DNA of 25,644 bases, from IMG/VR virus record IMGVR_UViG_3300020352_000033, positions 1-25,644 of that record, one strand, 5' to 3'. This stretch comes from a virus. Taxonomy: Duplodnaviria > Caudoviricetes. Of the stretch, positions 7,184 to 14,975 are shown one piece after another (the stretch's first letter is position 1; the number at the start of each line of letters is the position of its first letter). The notes beneath the pieces are model-generated. The model did not search any database. It was not told the origin of the DNA and saw only the letters and a list, made by a program, of their open reading frames with translations. The position numbers and the translations under genes were made by a program.

Positions 7184-8188
7184 CTATCCTTTCATCTGGC
7201 CTTTACATACTTTAACAGCACGACCATTTAAATAAGCAGATGATTTTTCACCAGCTGCCATTCTTTTCTTTCTATATGCTTTACCTTTAGCACAAAGATC
7301 TTCATTTAAATTTTTTCCTAATTCAATAGTTTCTTTAATATCTTTTATTGCTTCTTTTAAGCTACCCAATTGTTCAATTGCTCTAGTAAGATCTCGTTTT
7401 GCTTCATCTTCACTAACACCTCTATACTTAGCTATACTTTTAATAGCACGCAAAGCAATACGTTTTTCTTCAGTAGAAGCACTTTCAGATATTGCTTGAT
7501 CATAAGTCATTTCTTTTCTACCTGATAGTTTAGCAATTGCTTTATCAATGCTATTTAATTTACTGCCATATTCATCAGCAATTGGCCCACCTTCTGGTTC
7601 AGCTTCTTGCTCCATGTCACGCATTAATTGGGCTCTTTGTTTTAATAAAGATCTCATTTTAGTATCATTATTATTACCACTATAAGCTTTTTTAACAGCA
7701 TCACCATATTCTTTACCAAAATCTGATTTTTGATTTTTAGCAGCATCTTTAGCGGCTCTCATTTTTACAAGGATTGGATCATTAATATCCATCTCATTGA
7801 TTGGGAAATCTGATATATTAAATTGGAATTTAATTTTTGGAAACCATGCTCTATCTCCATCATATTCCATTTCATAATAATTAGATTCTGATTCTATTTC
7901 AAATCCTTTAGATTCTACCCACTTTAATGCTTTATTCCAATCATTAGGATCAAGTTCTTCTCTAACACTAAATGTTATAGAACCAAAGCCTTTGCCTTTT
8001 AATGGATCTGTATCTGGTCTATCTTCACCATAAGTACCTAATGAAATAAAAGGTCTATAATCACCAAATTGAGAATCTAATTCTTTTTTTAGATCTACCT
8101 CCTGTGATTTATACTCGCCATACTCTTCTATTTTACTTTCATTGAGATAGCGATCTCTATTCCATTTAGTAATATTAAAATTATCCAT
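7184..8188 (-). CDS. Modular protein, candidate internal head polyprotein, with basic C-terminal Cys-pair module
   Basis: 334 aa; MDNFNITKWNRDRYLNE leader; junctions INE, ISE, LKE, LNE; final module DLCAKGK..SAYLNGRAVKVCKG. Confidence 0.7.
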   Translation of the reverse strand: MDNFNITKWNRDRYLNESKIEEYGEYKSQEVDLKKELDSQFGDYRPFISLGTYGEDRPDTDPLKGKGFGSITFSVREELDPNDWNKALKWVESKGFEIESESNYYEMEYDGDRAWFPKIKFQFNISDFPINEMDINDPILVKMRAAKDAAKNQKSDFGKEYGDAVKKAYSGNNNDTKMRSLLKQRAQLMRDMEQEAEPEGGPIADEYGSKLNSIDKAIAKLSGRKEMTYDQAISESASTEEKRIALRAIKSIAKYRGVSEDEAKRDLTRAIEQLGSLKEAIKDIKETIELGKNLNEDLCAKGKAYRKKRMAAGEKSSAYLNGRAVKVCKGQMKG

Positions 8189-8198
8189 TAGTTTTTGG

Positions 8199-8210
8199 TT
8201 ATAAATATAT
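8199..8210 (-). promoter_or_regulatory. ATATATTTATAA box, putative late promoter
   Basis: Intergenic, upstream of ATG 8188. Confidence 0.6.
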
Positions 8211-8219
8211 AAAAATATT

Positions 8220-8795
8220 TTATCTTTTAAGACTATTTAAATACTCGATAGTTTTATCTAATCCTTCTAAAACCTTTTCTTTATTGGGGCCACCTGTCCA
8301 TTTTTCAAGATCTCCCTGTTCTGATATAAATGAATTATTTGTTATAGATAATTCAGATTCTAAATATGTTTTAAACTCATTAATCCAGTTATCTATTTCA
8401 GAATTAATAATTTTTGCTTCATAAATTTCATACAAACCTGCTACTTTTAGATGATGTTCAAATTCTACAACACAATTAAAACATTTTTTATGTATGTTAT
8501 AATATGGTTTATCTAAATCTGTATGCATTTTTGAACCACAACTAGGGCAAAAGATAGGCATTATATGTAATTTTTTTGCTTTATCTAATTTAGTAATATT
8601 TTGTTTAATGCCGTCTTTAATAGTCCATTTACGGTCATCTTCTTCCCAAATATCACCTTCTTTATAAATTTTTTCATGTTTAGAATAACCTATACTTTGA
8701 CCTACTTTTTCACCCTGCTTGCCTTGAATAAGGTTACGCATTCTATTAACATCTCTCTCAGTGAATTGTTTGTTTAAACCCTGTACTTTACTCAT
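8220..8795 (-). CDS. Hypothetical protein with Zn-finger motif
   Basis: 191 aa; CPSC...HKKCFNC. Confidence 0.7.
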   Translation of the reverse strand: MSKVQGLNKQFTERDVNRMRNLIQGKQGEKVGQSIGYSKHEKIYKEGDIWEEDDRKWTIKDGIKQNITKLDKAKKLHIMPIFCPSCGSKMHTDLDKPYYNIHKKCFNCVVEFEHHLKVAGLYEIYEAKIINSEIDNWINEFKTYLESELSITNNSFISEQGDLEKWTGGPNKEKVLEGLDKTIEYLNSLKR

Positions 8796-9004
8796 AAACT
8801 TAATTTATTTAATTCTTTAATAATGATATGAATATCTTCTTTAGATAAATTACCACCAGTATACCACTGTTTTATTTGATTTGCTAACTGTTCAGCATCT
8901 ACCTGTTTGGGGGTATCACCTGAGAAAGGTTTTAAAGTATTATTGCTTCTAGATCTTGGAGATCCTCCTTTATATCCACCAGCTAATGTATTTAATTTAC
9001 TCAT
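8792..9004 (-). CDS. Small hypothetical protein
   Basis: 70 aa; ATGA overlaps at both ends. Confidence 0.7.
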   Translation of the reverse strand: MSKLNTLAGGYKGGSPRSRSNNTLKPFSGDTPKQVDAEQLANQIKQWYTGGNLSKEDIHIIIKELNKLSL

Positions 9005-11007
9005 AATCCTAATGCTTTTAATTGTTTGATAGTATCACTAGCTGATGTATGTAAAATGCCAATACCACCTGCTTCTCTCCATTGTTCTATATTTGATTTT
9101 CTATCATCAATTAGAATATGATTTGGTTCAGCATAGTTTTTTTTATTATAAGCTTGTGCTAAATGAAGTTTAATGCCTGGTAAGTTATTTCTAACCCATA
9201 GCCTTTTTCCTAAACGGGATGTCTCTGATCTTGAAGGTGATGATAATAATTCCACATCATAATCTTTAATATAATTCCAATAGTCTTTACCGTCTTCCAT
9301 CCAGGGCATTCCTACCCAAAACCCAACTTTACCTTGACCATCAATTAATTCCCAAAAACCTTCTTTACCAAATTTCTTTTCATATTCTCTAGGTGGTATT
9401 CCCTTTGAATATTTTTCAAATGATTTGTCAAAATCTGTTAACACACCATCCATGTCTGAGTATATTTTATATTCCATAGGGGGTGAAGATACAACCTCTT
9501 CTTCAGGTAACAAAGCTTCTTCGGCAATTTCTCTAGCAAATTGATTTAAACCAAATGGGTCTTTACCTAACTTATTATCAAAACCATGTTTATGTTTGTA
9601 TGGTTTTGCTTCGTTTATAGGCTCATTATCATTCCCACATTTGTGACATATAAATAAATCATTACCACCATCTGCTATTTTCCAACTCCAACCACATTTA
9701 TCACACTCAATTTTATTACCCACAATAGATTCATTTAAACTATCAGTCCAATTTCTAAAGGTCATTGTACCTTTTAAATTAGCTTCTGCTTCAATATCAT
9801 TTAAATTATCGTCTTCTTGTGTATTTGTAGTTTGAATATCACCTAATCTACCTTCTAAATTTTGAATATGGTGTATAATCTCATGCGTGTAACTACGCGC
9901 TATATCTTTAGGGTGTCTGCCTTCGGTATATAATACTATAGTTTGTGTGTTCGGGTCATAATACGCTGTTTTACCGAGAAATTCACGTGCATTTTCACTA
10001 TCACCATCAACAAATTCTAAATTAGGTAAAGGTTCTATATTCATTCCTTTATCTAACATATGTTGGGTTAATTGAGCTAGTCTTTCTATTAAATTAATAT
10101 CTTTAGTATATGAAGCATTTTCATTGAGTGCAATTACAGGAGTTGATGTTTTAAAATCTTTTTTACGCATTACTGTTTTAGCATACATTTCAATATCATC
10201 ATCAGTAACATTTATAGCAAATGGTATATTAATATTACTATTAAAATCTTTAACAACAGCATTAAAATCATCATCTATTTTAGATAAAGGTTTACCATGT
10301 TTTCTATGTAAACGCTTAAACATTCCCACTAACTCAGGTACTGATATAGGTTTGATATTTCTCTTATCATTTACTCTATCTAAAAAATGCCTAGTAAATT
10401 CAATATCAATTCCTAATTTATTAAATAAACCATCAGCATATTTTTCAATTGAATCTAACTGGGGTTTTGTTATTTCTTCTTTAATTACTGGTCTTAGGAT
10501 ATTAAATATTTCTTCTTTTTCACTATCATCTAATTCATCTGGTAGAAAGGGTGCTAATTTATCTGATGATACTTTAGCTGCTTTTCTAGCATTAGTTCCA
10601 CTCATACCTTTATCTTGTGTAAATTGTACTTTTACTTTCATATTAGGATAAGCTGATTCTATATTTTTGGTTCTATTCTCAATATCTTTTAAATCATCAT
10701 CTCTTCCTTCTCTTCCTCCTATAATAAAATAGACTTCATCTTCAGGATTATTTTTTCCTAAACGAACAATATCACCAATTGGTGATTTAGCAGGTTCAAT
10801 CTTAACTTTCATAGGTAAATATTTTTTAAATATATCCCAAATTAAGATAGCTTCAGCTTGACTTACACCATTTCTTTCTTTACTCCCAACATAAATTATA
10901 AATTCATCTATTTCAGGAAGAGATTCTAATGCTTTTTTTACTACTTCAAGATGGCCTTTAGTTGGTGGTTTGAAACCACCCCCATATGCTGCTATTATTT
11001 TACTCAT
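9001..11007 (-). CDS. Multidomain protein: HxGH-type nucleotidyltransferase + unknown (possibly BECR-like) domain + HExxH metallopeptidase + Zn ribbon + HAD 5'(3')-nucleotidase
   Basis: GGFKPPTKGH and MSGT (aa 9-19, 135-138); FTRHFLDR (204-211); HEIIH (375-379) with downstream EAEA; CDKC/CHKC (435-457); DMDGV (518-522) and LIDD (632-635). Confidence 0.8.
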   Translation of the reverse strand: MSKIIAAYGGGFKPPTKGHLEVVKKALESLPEIDEFIIYVGSKERNGVSQAEAILIWDIFKKYLPMKVKIEPAKSPIGDIVRLGKNNPEDEVYFIIGGREGRDDDLKDIENRTKNIESAYPNMKVKVQFTQDKGMSGTNARKAAKVSSDKLAPFLPDELDDSEKEEIFNILRPVIKEEITKPQLDSIEKYADGLFNKLGIDIEFTRHFLDRVNDKRNIKPISVPELVGMFKRLHRKHGKPLSKIDDDFNAVVKDFNSNINIPFAINVTDDDIEMYAKTVMRKKDFKTSTPVIALNENASYTKDINLIERLAQLTQHMLDKGMNIEPLPNLEFVDGDSENAREFLGKTAYYDPNTQTIVLYTEGRHPKDIARSYTHEIIHHIQNLEGRLGDIQTTNTQEDDNLNDIEAEANLKGTMTFRNWTDSLNESIVGNKIECDKCGWSWKIADGGNDLFICHKCGNDNEPINEAKPYKHKHGFDNKLGKDPFGLNQFAREIAEEALLPEEEVVSSPPMEYKIYSDMDGVLTDFDKSFEKYSKGIPPREYEKKFGKEGFWELIDGQGKVGFWVGMPWMEDGKDYWNYIKDYDVELLSSPSRSETSRLGKRLWVRNNLPGIKLHLAQAYNKKNYAEPNHILIDDRKSNIEQWREAGGIGILHTSASDTIKQLKALGL

Positions 11008-11801
11008 GAATTTAAAAATTTACCTATTCGCATTTGTGCTTCTTCTTTAGATATAGTGTATTCAATTACATCATATATAAAATCATCACTTAACATAGCT
11101 TGAATTTCTTCTTTATCTTTAGCTTTCCTAGCATCAGATTTAGCTTGTTCTTTTGGTGTTTTAGGTTTAGTTCCTTGAGGTTTATAAGGAGTAAGATATT
11201 TTTTTATGATTTTATCTATATCTTGCATTCTATCATCTAATGTATTAGCTACTGCTACAAAATTATTACCAAATAAATCAGCATATTTAGGTAAATTATC
11301 TGTTACACCCTTCCATGTACGCATTACAATAGCAGGTGCTAAACTTCTATCTTTACCTCCTGATTTTTCATATCTATCTTGATTCTGGGATAATGAGCGT
11401 TGTAAATCAGTGTAAACATAAAGCATAAATACTTTATATCCTGCTTCTTCTAATTCATCTTTTAATTTAACTGTGGATTTATATGAAGCCCCAGTTCCAT
11501 CCAAAATAAAAGACTCTTTACCTTCTATAGTAGCTTCTACATCCCCTTTAAACTGTTTATTAGCTGCAGCCATTTGTTTAGCTTGCTCACTTCTTTCTTC
11601 AGGAGTAGCATTTTTTAAATCTAAAGTTACATTAGCTTTTTGTAATAGAGGAACATAAATATCATCTACATTTAATATCTTTATATTACCTAAATCTAAA
11701 CCTCTTAAGATATATCCTTTACCTGCTCCAGGTGCTCCTGCTAATATAATTGCTTTAGGTTCGGCAACTGCTTCTTTTAATAATTGGATCAATGAAATCA
11801 T
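11004..11801 (-). CDS. P-loop kinase, zeta-toxin/polynucleotide-kinase-like
   Basis: AIILAGAPGAGKG Walker A, NVDD, ILDGTG Walker B, Arg-containing lid; short leader MISLIQLLKE. Confidence 0.75.
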   Translation of the reverse strand: MISLIQLLKEAVAEPKAIILAGAPGAGKGYILRGLDLGNIKILNVDDIYVPLLQKANVTLDLKNATPEERSEQAKQMAAANKQFKGDVEATIEGKESFILDGTGASYKSTVKLKDELEEAGYKVFMLYVYTDLQRSLSQNQDRYEKSGGKDRSLAPAIVMRTWKGVTDNLPKYADLFGNNFVAVANTLDDRMQDIDKIIKKYLTPYKPQGTKPKTPKEQAKSDARKAKDKEEIQAMLSDDFIYDVIEYTISKEEAQMRIGKFLNS

Positions 11802-11816
11802 AAATTGAGTATTTTG

Positions 11817-11826
11817 TTATAAATAT
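11817..11826 (-). promoter_or_regulatory. ATATTTATAA box, putative late promoter
   Basis: Intergenic, upstream of ATG 11801. Confidence 0.55.
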
Positions 11827-12596
11827 CACAATTTTCTTTTAGCTTGCGTTCTAAATTCAGTAAATACTGGTTTATGACGTGGATTTTCTAAATCAAATAA
11901 CTTTTTAACTGTGTTAAATATGTCTATATTTTCTTCTTGGGTACGTTTTGATTCATACATTTCCCATCCTTTACCTTGCATAGCACCATCTTTAGGACCT
12001 CTTTTTGATGATTTTAACCATAATACACCATAACGATCTGCTTTTTTACCATAACACTCTTCATAGCATTTACCATAAATAGCTGTTTGTAAATCATAAG
12101 TAGTTTGTAAATGGTTAGATGTTTTAAAATCAATAATCCATAATTCACCATCAATTTCACATACCATATCACAAGTACCTGCTACTTTAATCTCATCTGA
12201 AAATAAATGTACTTCTGTTTCAATTAATGTTGGGTTATAAGTTTCCCACCAATCAACAAAACGTAAAAACATTTGCCATACATCTGGATTATACATTGGG
12301 ATTCCATTTTGTAAGAAATTTAATTCTTTACCATTAAGGTAATCCTCACACATTTCATGCACTTGAGTACCTTCTTCACCTGCTTTTTTAACAATCCAAT
12401 CAGCACTATATCCTACTTTTTTTAGCCAATCTTGGAAGAATTTACCTTTAGGATAATAACTTAAAACATAAGTTATAGAAGGATAATACTTACCATTTCT
12501 CCTATAATATCTAGAATCAGGTAATGTAATTTGTTTAGCATCTTCAGAAATTTCTAAAATCCTATTGTAGGATTTTTTTATTGTTTTTTTAATCAT
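11826..12596 (-). CDS. PD-(D/E)xK phage exonuclease
   Basis: YPSIT, GTQVH, E..AGTCD..IIDFKTS and Q..IY motifs; next to primase. Confidence 0.85.
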   Translation of the reverse strand: MIKKTIKKSYNRILEISEDAKQITLPDSRYYRRNGKYYPSITYVLSYYPKGKFFQDWLKKVGYSADWIVKKAGEEGTQVHEMCEDYLNGKELNFLQNGIPMYNPDVWQMFLRFVDWWETYNPTLIETEVHLFSDEIKVAGTCDMVCEIDGELWIIDFKTSNHLQTTYDLQTAIYGKCYEECYGKKADRYGVLWLKSSKRGPKDGAMQGKGWEMYESKRTQEENIDIFNTVKKLFDLENPRHKPVFTEFRTQAKRKL

Positions 12597-13525
12597 ACTA
12601 GTGATAATTTTTTTTCCATTAAGGCGTATTGGGTTAGAGGAATGGATTTTTGAATTAAGTTGGTAAAATGAGTAAATCCCATTTCGCTAGGGTCTTTCCC
12701 TTCAAGTTCAACAATATGAACTTCCTTGCCTTCATTAATAAATCTTTCTGCAAATTTTATCGATTTTGTTAATGCATCATTATCTAATGCTATATATATT
12801 TTTTCAACAGTTGATGTAACTATTTTTTTCATTAAATTGGATTGTATATTATTACCTAATAAGGGTATAGCATTTCTTTTAATAGCTATAGCATCAAATG
12901 GTCCTTCACATAATATTAATGGTAATTTCCAATTTATAAATAATTCAAAAGGTATTATATCTCTCGAAGTTTCAGGATTACGATATTTTACATATGGTTC
13001 TTTTTCAAATGATCTCCCTGTAAAATAATTTAAATTACCACTTTCATCATAAGAAGGAATTATTACCATTTTAGTGTATCTACCTGATGTACAATATCCA
13101 ATATTATATTTTTCAATATCATCTTTGGTAATTCCTCTATTTTTTAAATAAAAAGCAGCCTGTCTCCCCTCAATATCTGAAGTTGTTATGTCTTGGAATT
13201 TTTTAAATTCTTCTGGGAGTTTTAAAGATTTAGTGGAAATGACTGTTTTTCTTTCTTGTTCATTTCCTATTAATTTATATAATTCAGTAAAATTTTCAGG
13301 TGATGCTTTACATTGTTTAAATAAAGAAGTAATTCTAGTACCTTTTTTGTTACAAACCCAACAATGCCAAGGATTATACCCTTTTTTATTTTCAGAAAAG
13401 TTAATTTCTAATTTAGGTTTATGGTGGTTGCAATAAGGACAAGTATGGGCTTGATTGCCCCTTGCTGTCCTTTTACCTGCACCTATAACAGAATTTACTA
13501 AATTAATTAATAGTTCATTTACCAT
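12593..13525 (-). CDS. DNA primase (Zn-binding domain + TOPRIM; DnaG/T4 gp61-like)
   Basis: CPYC..HCWVC, YLKNRGI, EGPFD, LDND, KDPSE. Confidence 0.9.
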   Translation of the reverse strand: MVNELLINLVNSVIGAGKRTARGNQAHTCPYCNHHKPKLEINFSENKKGYNPWHCWVCNKKGTRITSLFKQCKASPENFTELYKLIGNEQERKTVISTKSLKLPEEFKKFQDITTSDIEGRQAAFYLKNRGITKDDIEKYNIGYCTSGRYTKMVIIPSYDESGNLNYFTGRSFEKEPYVKYRNPETSRDIIPFELFINWKLPLILCEGPFDAIAIKRNAIPLLGNNIQSNLMKKIVTSTVEKIYIALDNDALTKSIKFAERFINEGKEVHIVELEGKDPSEMGFTHFTNLIQKSIPLTQYALMEKKLSLV

Positions 13526-13530
13526 GAGCC

Positions 13531-13560
13531 ATAATATACGTAACTTATTTATGGTATCAA
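13531..13560 (-). promoter_or_regulatory. Putative host-sigma-type promoter for the primase
   Basis: TTGATA (13555-13560), then a 16-nt spacer to TATATT (or 18 nt to TATTAT), ending 5-7 nt before ATG 13525. Confidence 0.45.
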
Positions 13561-13563
13561 CGT

Positions 13564-14013
13564 TTAGTTGAAATCTTTAGTAAAAAACTTGCCTAAGATA
13601 TTATCATTAAAAAACTCATCTGGGTTTTCTAATACTTGGTATACCATTTGAAATTTAACTTCATAATAAGTAAGTAACTTTTTAGTAGGAGCACAGATTA
13701 AAATTTGACGTTCAAAATTTTCTTTAGGTTCTATATCATATAATTCTTTTAGATATTTATTTGAACCCCAATATGATTTCCAATTTGATTCTCGAACAGC
13801 TAATTTATAAGAAGGTCTACGACCCACAACCCCAGCATATTCTGCTAATTCTTTTTTTCCTAACTTTACTTTAGATGTATTTTGTAGGATTTTTTTACCT
13901 ATATATGATTTTTTAGATCCTAAATGAACTATTCTATATACAAAACCATAAGTTTCATCTGGGAAGTCTGAAATGTTCAGCATTTCTTTTTGTTGGTATA
14001 TCCAATTTATCAT
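13564..14013 (-). CDS. GIY-YIG family endonuclease (stand-alone, Seg-like)
   Basis: GFVY..SYIGKK, YWGS, FERQIL, conserved Glu (YYE) and FFN. Confidence 0.8.
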   Translation of the reverse strand: MINWIYQQKEMLNISDFPDETYGFVYRIVHLGSKKSYIGKKILQNTSKVKLGKKELAEYAGVVGRRPSYKLAVRESNWKSYWGSNKYLKELYDIEPKENFERQILICAPTKKLLTYYEVKFQMVYQVLENPDEFFNDNILGKFFTKDFN

Positions 14014-14972
14014 ATGTCAAAATTTACAATAACTGTAGTATCTGTAAATTGAGATACAGGTAATGGAAAAGATAATTTTCCAACAGCTACTAATTCTTGT
14101 GATTTATTATATAACCCCACACTAGTTATGTAAGGTTCAAAAGATGAAGATGATACAAAGGGATAATATTCTTGGTTGTTAGCTCCTGCTATTGAAGATG
14201 TCAATAATGATGGATTAGTTGAAAATCCAAATTCATTTTCTAATATAACACATTTATATTGTTGCTCATAAATTGTTAAAGATGATGAAAAATGAACAGC
14301 ACACTTATCAATTAATGCGGGGTTTTGACGGATTTCATTTCCTATACCTGCTATAGGTATGGGATTATCTTCTGTCAATACAACTATCCCATGAGAGTAA
14401 AATATTTGACCTTCTACAGTAATGTTTCCTTTAAAATTCCTTAGTATATTACCTTCACCATCATCTTTTAATAATAACCCAGTTGGGAATGTTGATGATG
14501 TGTATACAAACTCAAAAGTATTTGGGATTATTTTTTCACCATATAACTTTGTTGGAATAGTAAGAGTTGTAATAGCTTTACCACTTCCTGTAGGGAAATT
14601 TCTTTCTTGGATTAAAGAAGATTGCAAATAATTTTCATATAGAGGAGATTCTATAGTACCAATAGATCTATCATCTTCTCTAGTAACACCTGGTAGTATA
14701 CTACCTGTATTTACAAAATCCCCTTTACTAGATGATATATAATTTTTATAATATAATTGTTTTGCACTATTATAAATAGAATTCATTGAAGATGAATATA
14801 CAAATCCCGATTGTAAATTAGATGTGGATGTATATTTAACATTACGACCAGCAAATATATTAATACCTACAGTAGACCCTGTTAAGGCACTACCTGTAAT
14901 GTTAAAGCCTTTATCGGCTGTAAATGGCGTTATAGTAACGTCCTTTGTTGTGAATTGTTTCCAAGCACTCAT
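14010..14972 (-). CDS. Virion baseplate/tail structural protein (paralog 2)
   Basis: C-terminal STNPS..YITSVGLYNKSQELVAVGKLS resembles tail-collar/baseplate domains; paralog of 14976..16031. Confidence 0.65.
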   Translation of the reverse strand: MSAWKQFTTKDVTITPFTADKGFNITGSALTGSTVGINIFAGRNVKYTSTSNLQSGFVYSSSMNSIYNSAKQLYYKNYISSSKGDFVNTGSILPGVTREDDRSIGTIESPLYENYLQSSLIQERNFPTGSGKAITTLTIPTKLYGEKIIPNTFEFVYTSSTFPTGLLLKDDGEGNILRNFKGNITVEGQIFYSHGIVVLTEDNPIPIAGIGNEIRQNPALIDKCAVHFSSSLTIYEQQYKCVILENEFGFSTNPSLLTSSIAGANNQEYYPFVSSSSFEPYITSVGLYNKSQELVAVGKLSFPLPVSQFTDTTVIVNFDI

Positions 14973-14975
14973 TCA

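Noticed and set aside
11004-11801. Bona fide epsilon/zeta toxin-antitoxin pair
   Set aside because: No small antitoxin-like ORF upstream, and substrate specificity cannot be verified from motifs
11826-12596. Cas4 or CRISPR-associated assignment
   Set aside because: No Cas4 Fe-S cysteine arrangement, no other cas genes or array; primase context fits a replication exonuclease
13529-13554. ccataa...ttatgg inverted repeat as a terminator
   Set aside because: Weak 6-bp AT-rich stem with a long loop and no U-tract; overlaps the promoter candidate
13564-14013. Group I intron-encoded homing endonuclease
   Set aside because: Flanking genes are intact and abut closely, leaving no room for an intron scaffold
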